NCBI RefSeq assembly: GCF_009914755.1
Contig: NC_060942.1
Source: the human T2T-CHM13v2.0 reference genome, Homo sapiens
Reading direction: 5' to 3' (one strand)
DNA: 64,000 nucleotides
The notes beneath the pieces are model-generated. The model searched no databases and was not told the origin of the DNA. It saw only the letters and a program-made list of their open reading frames with translations. Every line of letters begins with the position of its first letter. The first letter of the stretch is position 1. Of the stretch, positions 1-14,580 are shown piece by piece. The translations under genes were made by a program, and so were the position numbers.

Positions 1-1776
1 GAAATAAAAGGTAGATACTTTAGAAAACAAAGTGTTAAACAACTAAGGAATACATTTAAGAATATGCTTCATTTCCTAATAAAACTGAATATATACCTCT
101 GATAATGTCTACATGTAATTACATGTGTATTTTTCAAACCATACATGTAATATTTATAGTGCAAAATCCATAATATTGTAATGACTTCAGATATACAAAC
201 TGGTATTTAAAATGCCTATTTGGTAAATAATTTATTGAATTTATTCTTGGGAGAGGTTAGCCAACATGAAACATGGAACTGTTTCCTCTTTTCTTCTTTT
301 CTTTCCTGATACCTCTTTTCTCCCGAGGGTGCCATTTGTGAGGTTCTGAGAAGGGGAGGCTGGCTTAATTGAAATATCTGTAGGCTGTAATTGCTCTGCC
401 TAACCACAATGGTCTACTTCTCCCAAACGGCATTCTTTCCTCTTGCTTTCTCCTTTTTCTTCTATTTCCTTTTATACTTTAACAAAATCTACTTCTCCTG
501 TTTGTTTTATTGTCATTTCCTATTCCAGATGCTTGACTAATATTGGTGAAGTCAATAGTTTTACATATTCAAAACTCCTCCCTAAAATCCAGTTTTCCAC
601 CACAACCCCTTTTGCTTAAAATACTCACTCCCATAAACTGATTTTCATTTTACCCTTTCAACATGGCAATCCTTCCACCTATGTTTAACACTGCAGCCTA
701 TGACCTGGCAATGACAAATGATCAATCTTGCATGTTATCTTCAGGGGTCATGTCTTAGTTTTAGGCCAATTTTCTCTGTACTTAGGCTCAAATGTGCAAA
801 CCACACTATATTACTCTGCAAAACATCAATGAGAAGGCTTAATTAAGTAACACTGACAGATAAATCCATTTCTTTCATAGTAATCAAATCAAAGCAGGTT
901 GACATAACACAGGAACTTAATGCAGTTATTCCCTTGTAATTGGAAAAAGGCCCTTTACTTCTCATTAAAGCAATCTTCTGGGTACTGGCATAATAAGGAG
1001 GCTCAGAGCTTTAATACTGCCCTATAAAAGTCTCAAGATACAGACCCCTTAAGCAAACAAGCCAGATTATCTAATTCCTTGATCACAGCAGAACACGCAG
1101 TTCCTACTGTTTTAAACTACTAATTCTTTATCTCTCCTACAATTAAAAAGAGGTAAATTAGTATCAAACACATATAATGAAAATCTGTAAAAATGCATAA
1201 ACTGTTTACAGTTGTATAAATCTACCTCCACATGTATTTGAAGGGAAGCAGTCTATTAAAATGAATTTGAAATACTTTACACATCTGAAATTGTAATAGC
1301 TTGGATCACGGGAAAATCTATTTTACTCCATGGGCTCAATAGGACATGTATTGCCTAAATTTACAGTGTGATACTTAACCATACAGTACAACCTTGTTCA
1401 TCAGAATTGTAAGAGAATGAAAGTTTTAGTAAAGCATTTAATTTTTGTGGTACGAAAAAAATATTAAGTCATCCGGTCAACTGTAGGCTGCTCTTATTCA
1501 TCTAAACTCCAGAAAAAATGCGACAATATTATACCATGTTCATATCCCCAAACTAAATAAAATAAATTTCCACTCTTTCAATTCCAATTTTGAGGGTGTT
1601 TCTATTACTTATTTATTGGTACCTGACCAATCTTGAAATGATTCCAGCAACTCTTTCTAAAAGGATAATTTATAATCTAGGCACTACATGGTGATCTCCA
1701 AATGGTGGCTGACCACCCAAATACTCCAAGGAACCTCATAAAAAACACAGATATCCTAACCCCACCTGGGAACTGA

Positions 1777-2070
<294 letters not shown>

Positions 2071-2125
2071 TAATATGTTGCTTCTGAACCATGTGTAAGT
2101 TGCATCAATTATATCCTTTTGCACC

Positions 2126-2640
2126 TTAGTACTTCTGTGTGCACTTCCTAAGAACAAAAACAGTACTATTATCAAAATCAGAAAATATACTGTGGGTACT
2201 TAGATCCAATCCATAATCCATATTCCAATAGGGAACTTCCTCCCTCTCCGGTAGAAGACAAAGTCCAGGATCATGCACTGCACTGAATTGTCTATCTCTT
2301 TTATCCATTTGAATCAGACATAATTCCTCAGCCTTTTCCTTCTGTGATATTAGAATTTTGGAAGAATACAGGCCAGTTATTTTATGGAAATGTTTCTCAA
2401 TTTGGGAGGATCAGATGCTTCCTCATGATTATATTCCAGTGGATATAATACTACAATAGTGGTCTGGTGTCCTTCCCAGGACATCACTTCCAGAGCCCCT
2501 TGATGGCATGTTGGTCTGCCCCTCATGTGCTATGCCAATTTTGATCACCTGGTCAAAGTGGCATGCAAATTCTGCAATGTATGATTATAATTTGTCCCTG
2601 TTGAACTAATCAGTAACCTATGGAAAGATTCGTTAAGAAC
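2126..2640 (-). mobile_element. Old L1 3' end fragment (L1MC-like)
   Basis: ttttggaagaatacaggccagttattttat...gatgcttcctcatgatt resembles the L1MC4/5 3' region. Confidence 0.6.
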
Positions 2641-3546
2641 ATTCAAACTAATTTTTAAGTATGTGCTTATTGAAAAAAATTAAAATACAAAAATGTATAA
2701 GGTAAAAAGTGATAATGCCCTCAAGTCTCACTTGTACCACTCTTAGACAAGCGATAACCCATCACAGCTTCCTATTTCCTTACATATCTTCACGTCTCTG
2801 ATCAACTGGTTTTGACAGCCGCAGAAATGTAGGGCAATAAATGCTAAACTTGACTGAAGTTTCTGTTCTATTTGAATTGGTAAGAAATATTCTTCAATCG
2901 TTGATCATCTAGTGACATTTCAATGGAGACAATGATTAGTTGTAGCCCTGTGACCTAGGTGGGAGTGGGGAGGGCAGGAACAAGAATATATTTAGGCATA
3001 TTTTACTATTAATTTTGAAGGAATTTGGCCAAGATGAAGACAAGATGGACTGATCCACTTGTGAATTAATGCAATGTATAAAGGCAAGTTAAAGAATCAG
3101 TTTTGGAGCCATGCTATCCTAACAGGCTATTTGGTGCCTCCTCCCACCACATTCTGTAAACCACTGTGTAAAAAGGAGACCTGCCATTTCAGAGGCACTT
3201 CCCAATTAAATTCAAATGCAGAGACAAGCATACTCATGACACAGAAAAATTTAGTGTGGTTTCCATGGGCTGACGTACAAAAAAAAAAATTGGAAACATC
3301 TAAAATATTTTAGAAGGGGGAGATAAGTTGAGTTGCCACTTTTAAAAGAATATATTCCCACATTTAGAGAGCAGGTATACAAATGAACTAGCCACCTCAC
3401 AAAGTGAAGAGTGAAGGGTGACCCCAAAAAAGACTGTGAGAGGAACTTTGCCATTCAATACAGCATAAGCATACCATACAATATTGAGTGAGTTAACTTG
3501 TTATAATCAATATAAGGTAGAAACAGTCCCTTTAACCTTTAGATGA

Positions 3547-3890
<344 letters not shown>

Positions 3891-4016
3891 TAAACTGAAC
3901 AGTGCTGACATATTTCAACTGTGATTTATAAAGGCTGAGAAAATGTTCCTCACAATTCCACTTCAGCCAAATGCCTGGCAGACATTGGCAAAGGTTTCTC
4001 TTACTTGGGCTTATAA

Positions 4017-4085
4017 ATGTGTGTGTGCATGTGTGTGCATGTGCCTGTGTGTGTAAAATCAGCATACACACACACACGATACACA
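4017..4085. repeat. Imperfect (TG)n followed by (CA)n microsatellite
   Basis: gtgtgtgcatgtgtgtgcat...catacacacacacacg. Confidence 0.8.
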
Positions 4086-6324
4086 AACTTGCATTTCCTA
4101 ATAGTTTCTTGATATTAATGATGGTGTTTAAAACAGTTCCCATATGTTACAACTTGTTCAAATGATACCTCCTTATTTTCTATGAAATTGGTCAGAGGAG
4201 TCTGACTGGTCATTTGGTCTCACGATAATGTAACCACAATTTTTAATTATGCTTTCTGCTTCCTATTTTTTATATACTCATCTCATTTAAAATGCAATAT
4301 CTGGGATCATTTAAAGTATAAAATTGGGATCAAGAGAAGTTACCTACCTAAACACGAGCAGACTAAAATCATTTTTCAAAAGAGGAAAAAACAAAAATCA
4401 CAAGAAAATTGGTAGATGCCCTATATAAAAGAGGCTATTTTGCATAAGACATACTTTCACCCTTTCATGCTATTACGATTACCTGTTTAATTCTAACAGA
4501 GAATAGAATACTTGCTAATGTTCACAAGGAATACTTGCTGAAAGAAGAAAGGTGTACGGTGTTATAATGACTGAGTTTTCACAGCTAGCAACGTACATTT
4601 TTAAACCATGTCAGCAATGAAAACAAAACTGTGAGTCTCCCCTCTGTGTGTCCTTTTTCACAGGGCAGTGCCCAGGCATACTGCAACACCATTTCACCAC
4701 CAGGGCACACGCAGTTGCCATCAGTTTAAGAAACGCCCAGGACTTTGCTAGCAGGACAGGTCTATGACGGAAAAATGGACCAAGGTTTCCTCTAAACCAT
4801 GCTGCTTCCCTTACTTTCACTTTCAGGTTCTATAAAACATGTTCACTACTGAAGTAGTGAAAATACATCTGCCTTACTTTACTAGTCCAGCTGAAAGAGA
4901 TGAGAACGCATCAACTGATGATTTCTTAGGTTTAATCACATCAAATTCCTGGGAATAGGCATTTTTGGTTCTAGTAGGTCTGCAACTTGGATGCATCCTG
5001 CCTTTTGCCCATCTGATAACTAGTGGAATACCGGTCAGAAAGAGATGAGCTGCTCTGAGGTACTGGTCTTACCAATTCAGTAAGTGGAATGGTAAAAAGC
5101 TGTAACTCTTCCTCAGGAATGGAAGATATGTCATTAGTGTGAAAGGAGATAGAGGCAAAGACCTGAAGAATGACGATAACCAGGCATCTTGAGAGAAAAC
5201 AAGAAGCAGGGAAGGGGTTCCGGGAAAGCCGGAGCTGTCAGTAGAGAATAATGATTTATCTGATGAGATTAGCAGACAGTTTGATTAGAAAAGATGCCTT
5301 TTTAACACAGCAAAGATTGCAATGTTACTTTAAGATTTGTTGTAGGAAAAAGCCGTGCCTGCCAAATGTGGTCTGTAACAGCACAGGCTAGCCATGAGTG
5401 ATACAGTGGGAAAATAGCCACTAAGCCAGATTTTATTTGATTTGTACTGATGATTTTTATTAGAATACATGGATCATTGCTTCAACCTTTCCATGTAAAA
5501 CCAAATCAAATTCAAAAACTCACACATCAGTCACCTAACCTTATGTCATTCCTTCTGCTTTACTCAAGTTGAGCCACATTTCAGCTGATCTGTCCCCGAT
5601 AAATTGTTCAGCTACTCAAAACTGTTGGGCCAAATTCTGGGAGGCAAGTGGTACACAAAAGAAACCGCGAAATCTGCAGTTACAAGTAAGAAACCTACAG
5701 AAAAGAAATACTGCAAGCTTCCGAAATGCAGAATGAATTCAAAACAATATACAGCCATGCAAAACAAGACAAAATGAATTATCCTTATTGTACCAAATGA
5801 GTTGTAATTTGTTTGTAAAAGGCCCCCACTTCCCCCAGCTTTTTTTACTTAAGCCCTTTTCAATTCAAGACACTGTAAAGAATTTTGCAACCAGAGAAAG
5901 TCCACAGTTCTGTGGCATAAGGAGATTTAAACTGCAACAAACAGTTTTAAAATTAAAAATGTTCAAACTTTAAGGTGAAAATTATAAATGTTAAATATTA
6001 TATTGGTGGGAAATCTCTGTATTATTTAGAAGAATTGTTTCATTAAAAGGAATGAAGTTTAATTACATGAAATATGGCAATGGGTTTCCAAAGAAAAAGT
6101 GCCAATAATCTACTTCCCACCATTTCTTTACCTTTTTTGTTTTTGCATTAACATTTTCCCTTTCTTCCTCAAACACTGCAAGTTTCATTTTAAACCTGTA
6201 ACCAATACTTATGTCCATTTCTAGTTAACAAATCAGTTCCATCTTCTGATTTCCTTTAGTGTCCCAAACCACTCTGAAATGCAAGTTATTATTTTCTCCT
6301 CAGAGAAGGTAAATAACTTCCCCA

Positions 6325-6402
6325 ATGACAGGCCATCAGCAGTCCAATGAAGACATGAAGACCCAATGTCTTCATTGGACTGCTGATGGCCCGTCACTGG
6401 GA
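6325..6402 (+). ncRNA. MIR4529: MIR4529 pre-miRNA hairpin (5p AGGCCATCAGCAGTCCAATGAA 6330-6351; 3p ATTGGACTGCTGATGGCCCGT 6374-6394)
   Basis: Seen: inverted repeat, 6310-6356 pairing with 6366-6412, 9-nt loop. The arms match the mature miR-4529 sequences as I recall them. Confidence 0.9.
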
Positions 6403-6519
6403 AAGTTATTTATATGTGGCTCATGCTCAACCTCTGGAAGACACTGGATTTTATCAAATACCCAATACCTCTGAAAACTAGTGGTCACCAAACTTGCAGG
6501 CCTCTGGTGTAACCCTCTG

Positions 6520-6931
6520 TGGCTAAAGCCAGGCTATGTTTTCACCAATCCCCATCTCTTTCTGCCCGTGACCACCTAGGAATCTGAAATTCCCCATCTT
6601 CCTTTGCAGTCATGGGATCATATGACTAGGATTTGGCCAATAAAATGTGAGCAGAAGTAATACTTGCCTTGTCCAGACCTGGCCCTTAAAATTTCCCATG
6701 TAATCGTCTATGCACCACTCTCCTTTTCCTCTTTGATCAGCCTGATGCCAATATCTAGTGAACTCCAAGGTCCTAGGGGATAGCAGACCTGAGCCATGGA
6801 AGAAGCCAGGCTAGGACCAGAGCCCACCCACGTTGCTCTGTGACACCGGAGGGTAATAACCCTCTGCAGTGTTAAGCTACTGAAGTTTGGGGATTGTTTG
6901 TTCCAGCAATTAGCATACCCTGACTAATGCA
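6520..6931 (+). mobile_element. MLT1-family (ERVL-MaLR) solo LTR
   Basis: tttggccaataaaatgtgagcagaagt...gttaagctactgaagtttggggattgtttgtt...tgactaatgca, a typical MLT1 end. Confidence 0.75.
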
Positions 6932-7249
6932 TCTTCCAAAACAGACTTCCGTGAATTCTGGCACTATGATTCTATCTTCCAAGTAAAGCAAACATACGCA
7001 GTTAGAGCTGGCACCAGTCAGAATTCTGAAGCAGGGGAAACTGGTCTTTGAACTATCCTTCTTTCCCTTTCAGACTTGTTTTCCCCTCTTAGCATTTCCT
7101 CCCTCTGAGCACCAAATGTTCTCAGGCTGCTCAGTCTCGTCTGTCTCAAGAAAATAGACACAAGATATTCATTATCCATTCTTTCTCTTAACCATTACCT
7201 TTTGAATACCATGAGCTGCCTGCTACCTGGGAAATTCTGAAGAACATCT

Positions 7250-7380
7250 TTAACATCTCACATTGAATGTATCCTCATCTGTAAAATGGGAATGACCGTA
7301 TTTACCCTCCAGTACTGTTGTGATGATTACAGATAACAAGGAAAATGTTACCATGGAACCTGGAACACAGTAGGAACTCC
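7250..7380 (+). mobile_element. MIR SINE
   Basis: Core cctcatctgtaaaatggga...cctggaacacagtagg. Confidence 0.75.
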
Positions 7381-7904
7381 AAAAAAAAAAAAAAAAAAAA
7401 GCGGGGGGGCGGGGGGAGGATATTATGTGTATTACACTTACTGTTATGGTCATAGCATGATATTTGACACCAAAAGGATACAAAATGTACATAAAATAGG
7501 ACGCTTTCTCTCTGAAATATATAATCTAGATTGGGAAGAAAATCTTACGAAAATAAAATACAGTATTTGGTTACTAAAACAAACATAGCAGAATTTTTGA
7601 GAAAGGTGAGTTATATGGGCTAGAATCAACACTTGCAAGGTACTGGTGATTTAGGACAGAGTGATACTAAATTTCAAAGGGGCCTAACAGAAAGGTTCAT
7701 GATTAACCTAAGGGAATAAACTGCTACACCTCAACATTTTTCATGTCACCTTGTGTAAGGCGTGGCCCTGTTCCCGGTCTCTTTATTGATTCAGTTATTA
7801 ATTCTGTGTCAACCCTAATACAGATGTCACTAAAATCAAACAAACCCTAGTATCACAGTGGTGGGGGACAAGGATTGATTTTACTTTGTACAAAATCTGG
7901 CATA

Positions 7905-8463
<559 letters not shown>

Positions 8464-8479
8464 AAAACAATCATTCATT

Positions 8480-8600
8480 GTGAGGTATTTGTACTCAAAT
8501 TGCTTCATTTAACTTTCACAGCCATTACTCAGGTAGACTGTATTATCCTCATTTTACAGATGAAAAATCAGGCCTCACAATGGTAACTGATTGGCAAGAA
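8480..8600 (-). mobile_element. MIR SINE
   Basis: tattatcctcattttacagatgaaaaa core. Confidence 0.7.
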
Positions 8601-9229
8601 ATCCTGTTGTCTGTGCTCCCTGCACGAAAAACCAGGATGCTTACAAAAGTGAAGAACACCTGGATTTCTTTTTCTCAGTATATCGAAAAGATATTCCCAT
8701 GAAGACAGAAAGCTGTACTTTAAAAACATCTAAATTCAGGCAGTACTCCTCCCAAAACCTTTAATTTTCTACTCGGCTTCATTTTGCTTCTCTACTCATG
8801 TAACTCTCCACTTAATCAATATATACTTCATTTTTACCACCCTGACTCCTAGACGTCCAATTCAACATTTTGGACCTATGTCCTTCCAAGAATAATCCCT
8901 TACAATGTCTCAAGAAATAGACTTATGCCTAATGACTGCGATACGTTATGAACAATCTTTAAATCAGTGATTCTTCATACACCTGTCCTCACCAAGGTAG
9001 TCTATTCCATCTTGGCCTGAGCTACAGTTACAATGAGCAAGTATGGGTTTAGAAAGAGCTGGGAGATTCCTTGAATTCAGATGAGGTTTCTGATATTTAT
9101 TTAATAATGACTGTTGTCAACAGCTAGCATCAGGATTGGAGAAGGGCCTAGGGGTGAGAAAAGCCTGAAAACTTCAACAGGTATCAGGTGCAATCTGAGA
9201 TACAGTGGATCTACTATATTAGCAAGGAC

Positions 9230-9640
9230 AAAATGGTTCTTTGTACCCCTCACCTCTGACACTTCCATGTCAACTTCACCCTAAAGCAGGCTTCTCTCAT
9301 GGTCATAGGATTCCAGATCTACTTGCTTCCTCATTGACTTTCAATGGCAGCAAGTTCAGTCTATAAAAGAGCAAAATTCCTGCTGAACTTTGTCCTGATT
9401 GGGACCATCATGGAACAATCCCTAAAGCCAAAAAATACCATGCATGGATTTGCTTAGGCCTGGATGACCCGAATTAATCACCGTGATGAGAGGGATAGGA
9501 TTACCTTGATTGTTTTAGTCCAGTCACAGTAGTCCACCAGGGATGTAGTGATCCCACACAAATCACACAGATAGCACACACTGGGGAAGGAGTAGAGTAT
9601 ACAGTAGTGAGACAACCACAGGTTGGAGACAGCGCCCCAA
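9230..9640 (-). mobile_element. Old MLT1 (K/L-like) LTR
   Basis: gcaggcttctctcatggtca...gaattaatcaccgtgatgagagggataggattaccttgattg resembles antisense MLT1K/L. Confidence 0.5.
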
Positions 9641-9719
9641 GAACCACTGGCATATTAATAGTGTACAGTGTATTGCTTAAGAGGTCTTTGTGAACAGACA
9701 TGCAAACTCCCTCCTTCAG

Positions 9720-10050
9720 ATACTTCAGTCTTCCTATTGATGTCAGGATTAGAGCAACTTTCTTAATTGTGAACATCAAGGTCATCCTGATAACATACCC
9801 TCACGCCCTCGTGTTCTCTCTTCCAGTTACCTTGATTGCCTTTGACAACACTCAAGTACTTCATTGGCCCTTCTGCTGCAGAACTTGAACACGTGGTTCT
9901 TCAAATACAGTACTTTCCTCCCAACTCCCACCACTCCACTTTCCTACTATGACTATTTCACTCCTCTATCAACTCAGCTGAATCATCATTTCCTTGGGTC
10001 AGCTTTCCTTGTCCCCCCTGACTAGCAATAAATGTCCTCCTCAATCAAGT
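9720..10050 (+). ncRNA. TCF4-AS1: Probable terminal exon of antisense lncRNA TCF4-AS1 (MIR4529 host)
   Basis: Seen: pyrimidine-rich acceptor ctccctccttcag| ending at 9719 and AATAAA at 10027-10032. Recalled: TCF4-AS1 ends a few kb downstream of MIR4529. The exon start is uncertain. Confidence 0.45.
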
Positions 10051-10250
10051 GTCTTGTCCTTCTCCTTCATTGGACTTGTCATAGACGTAATTTTATATTT
10101 TTAGGATTCTCAAGTAATGTCTTGCCCACTGAAGAAAAAGCTGCATAAACACAAGGGATGTGTCTGGTTTGCCTTCTATCCCACCCTCAGTACCCAGCAC
10201 GGGGTAGGGGCAATAAGGCACCCTCGGCGACTCTTGGTGAAATGGATGGC
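9850..10250 (+). mobile_element. L2 LINE 3' end
   Basis: agggatgtgtctggttt...cagtacccagcacgggg...ttggtgaaatggatgg L2 terminus. Confidence 0.6.
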
Positions 10251-11904
10251 TGTGTCTTTAGCCCCTCAAAGGGGCCGTCCATATATCCAAAATGCCAGCT
10301 GAATTCATAAAGTTACGAACCATTCTGCAGTGCTCCTGTGACTTTGAGAAGAATACCTAACATGATGAAAATGTATAATGAGTTTTCATCTTGTCCACTG
10401 TTAGCTAGAGAAACTACAACCACAGGTATGCTATAAAGGTTAGTTTGGCACAATACATCTTTTCTCCATAATTTAAATACTCATTCGTTTCACAAATATG
10501 CAAGTACAGATTAAGATTCAGCAAGAAATATGCAGATCAGTCCTCTTAACACATTGAAACACTTCACTTGCCAGTCACATGACCAGATGGAGTTAATGTA
10601 CAAGTCTCAAGCTCAGTGATTTCTATAGTAAAAATGCAGTGAAACAGTCAGACTTCATGTATGCCTTATCCCCTGACAGAAATAATCTCTTATATGGTCA
10701 TTGTAAAGGGAAATATTTGCCTCTTTATGCTCACTTTGATATGCACCCTAGTGATTTGATACATATTATATAATCATTGGCCTCAGGACAGAGGAGAAAA
10801 CAACTGTTACCTCTACAGTGAAACAGCTTTCTGTGATCAGGTGATAGCAAGATACAAATTGGGTTAGGCATTCTGCGTCACTTACTTGGATGGCAGTTAT
10901 AGCTCAGCATTTTTTGGAAAACCTTTCCCCTATAACTTCCCCATTGATGAACAAGAGTACCATTAATATTTAAAGTTCTGCTTCATTTATAATAACCAGA
11001 ACCACCACACTAACAATAAATATCCTAGAGCAGTTTACTGCTTTCAATTTTTCAAAGCACTTTCGTGCACAGTATTTCATCTTCCTTTACAACTTTATAC
11101 ATCAGAGAAAGTCAGGGCTTGGTCCAAGTCCTCAAGGCAAGTTATTGGAAAAGCTGGGAGGAGAACCTATAATTTCTCCTTTCAACCTCTTTCCAAACTG
11201 CCTCTTACCTATTTTCTTATGTTATGAGAGAGAAGTGACATCTGCAGAAACTGGAACTCCAAATTTGGATGAAAGATGTTCTCTGTAGAAAAAGTTATAT
11301 TTCCTCTTTCAAATTAATTATTCAGAATCCCAATTTCCTAATTATAAGGGCTTTTCTTTTGGGTTAAATATGCCCCACAGAAAACCGCAACGGTTTAAAT
11401 TAATACTGACTCTGAGAAGCATTTTAAATTCATTTTCATAGACTTTTTTCCTCTTCCTCTACCCAGAAACATAGAGAATATGTTTAAATTAAAGATGCAT
11501 TTGAGAGATGACAATTCATATCACTTTGTAAGCCATACCTGAAAATTCTCCAAGGCAAGAATAAGTAATCAAACCTATTAACAATTCACCTATGAAGAAA
11601 AGTGCTGCTGTAAATAATGAGTTTAGGCAAAGTCTATAGTTCAGTCCAAGTTGCTAAAATCTCGTCTTTTTCTTAATTGTGCATGGCAGTGGGGCCCATA
11701 AGTAAACTGAGTGCGGGCCTTGGAAACCAGTCCTTGTGTGGACAGAACATCTATTATAAAAGCTCACTCACATGGACTTAAGCATATGACTGTACCCCAT
11801 GTGTTGTGGTAGAGAAAATAACAACAGATTTAGATAAATTTTAAAAATACAAACATGACTTCCTTTTTTATTCAGAATGTGAGTTTATCAGAAGATACAA
11901 TGAC

Positions 11905-12423
11905 ACTGTTAGTTCTGTTGGTCCAATATCTATTTTTCTCTTCTTCCTTCTTAGTAGAACGTGCAGCAGTTTTTGGTATAATTGCTATTTGTTCACATAG
12001 CCACCACTCCTCCTAGTGGATCAGGAACAGGTGACCTCATTTCCAGTTCCAGAGGGAAACCCCCAAGTCCTACAGCCAATCACACCCCTTGCCTTCCCCA
12101 GGCCAGATACTGGTTTCAAAATGAGCACTAAGACACAAAGGTGCAGCCTCTACTGGGTTCTTGGAAATATCTCCCTACTCCAAGGAAAGAGACACATCAG
12201 TAGACGACCACTTATCCTCTTTGATGATTTTTCTGTTTGGATGTGATGCCCAGAACCAAAGCAGGAATTTCCTTATCATTCCTAGGATGAAGGCAGTACA
12301 CGGAGGAAGGAAACCACCAGAGATTTTGGAATAGGTAACGTAATGTAAGACATTTCCCTATGTTTAAGTCCATTTGAGTCAGGGTTTTCTTTTGTTGCAG
12401 CTGAAAACATCCTAAAATAAACA
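11905..12423 (+). mobile_element. MLT1 (K-like) LTR
   Basis: tttaagtccatttgagtcagggttttct...ttgcagctgaaaacatcctaa MLT1 3' end. Confidence 0.65.
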
Positions 12424-12819
12424 GTAGATCTCCCCCTCCACCAGCACCCCAGTAGGTTTATGAACTTACTGCTCACTGAGGTTCTTTAACAAGAAATACC
12501 AACTCTGGATAAATCTAGACTTCATCTATCCAACGGCAATCCTCTCCTGGCCACTCATTTTTGTCTAAGTCCACAGAAGCATCATTTTCAGGAAATGTAT
12601 AAGTTACATGCTGCATAATTCCCCATTTAACCCTTCTCTGATCTGTGCATGCATCTTTGCTCTCACCTCTCCTGGTCCCTGTGGCCCTCACATGAATAGA
12701 ATCAGCCAGCAAATGCCTAATGAGCACTTAGCACAGGTAACGTTAATGGCTACAAAAGGTAACTAAAAAGCATTTTTTCTTTTGGATTTACCAATATCAT
12801 ACCTACACACATGCTACAT

Positions 12820-12950
12820 ACACAGACTAAGGACTGCAGAATTTTCCTCATGTATTTAGCTATACGCATTTTTCTGGGAAGACAGTCTACAGCTTGCATT
12901 GGATTTTCAAAGCAGTCCCTGACTTGATGAAGGTTAAGAACCTCACTCTG
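12820..12950. mobile_element. hAT-Charlie DNA transposon fragment
   Basis: catttttctgggaagacagtctacagcttgcattggattttcaaag...aaggttaagaac. Confidence 0.5.
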
Positions 12951-13341
12951 GATCAGCTACCATTTGGCAAACCACACTGTCTGGATGTGTCACACACACA
13001 GAATGTGTTCCCCAGAGCTTCATATTTCTTGCTTGAGGCAAACCATCTTTAAGTATTAATAATACTGAAGTTTTACGGTATTTTGGACTAAATAAAATTT
13101 TGTGGGCTCTCCTGGAGCCTCAAAGGCCATTTATATTTTCATTTCAATAGAAGGAAAAATAAATCCTACTACTTAGAAATATGGGACAGAACCTTTCTGT
13201 TTGTACCTCTTCAAATAAATTATGAATCCTGAGCTCAAAATTTAGTTGAAGAGACAAAAAGTATATTTGAAAAATAACTAATACAGGGAAAAAGTTTTAA
13301 GTTTAAGCTACAAATGGTAAATAAACACCAAGGGATTGTTA

Positions 13342-13869
<528 letters not shown>

Positions 13870-14099
13870 TCACTGAAGAGTGAGTCTAACAAAGTCATGA
13901 AAGGTAAGAAGATCTGGGACTTCTCCATAGAAATGCTTCAAAACATTTTACTTGACCTCACTCAATGTAACTAACTGCAGCCTTTGCCAACCCCCTCCCC
14001 TCCTTTCCTCTTTTAACTAGCACGTCTCATAATAAGGACCTGAAAACAGGTTCCCTAACTTCAGCAAAGGTGCCCACTCCAATCTACTATGAGCCACTG

Positions 14100-14580
14100 A
14101 CAACTGTCACTTCTCCATACAAAAATCTTCAGTGGCTCCCTATTGCTTTGGGTATAAACTTAAAATTCCTTAGGCTAGCATTTAAGGTGCTCAGGATCTG
14201 TGTGTACTTTCTTCTCATGTTACTTTACACTGGCACTTCCTTCTGTGCCTCAATCACACCAGACTCCTCACCGTTACCTAATATATCCCTGGCTGTCGAG
14301 TCTCGTGTCTTTCCTCAACCTGGAAAACATTCTTTCCCACACAACAAATGCATGAAGAATGAATAAATAAATGCATAATGCCATTGAGGAAACACTCACA
14401 CACAGATATCAATCAATCAATTACATACATACATATATTTATATTTGTTGGTTGGTATCTTTGTTTATTGATCCCCACCAGGATGCAAGCTTCAGAAGGA
14501 CAGGAACTCTGGGCACCTATGAACCAGGGTTGACACCAATGCCTGGCTAAGGGCTCAATGAACATTTGTCATGTGAAGAA
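14100..14580 (+). mobile_element. L2 LINE fragments
   Basis: aaaatcttcagtggctccctattgc...ggatgcaagcttcagaaggacaggaac...ctcaatgaacatttg. Confidence 0.65.

Noticed and set aside
313-377. Possible 65-nt minus-strand exon (..ISIKPASPSQNLTNGTLGRKE)
   Set aside because: Weak donor (GTATCA), poor pyrimidine tract, not frame-preserving, and no match to TCF4 protein that I recognise.
6132-6195. Possible 64-nt minus-strand exon (FKMKLAVFEEERENVNAKTKK) next to MIR4529
   Set aside because: Weak acceptor, and the phase is incompatible with the phase-1 TCF4 intron.
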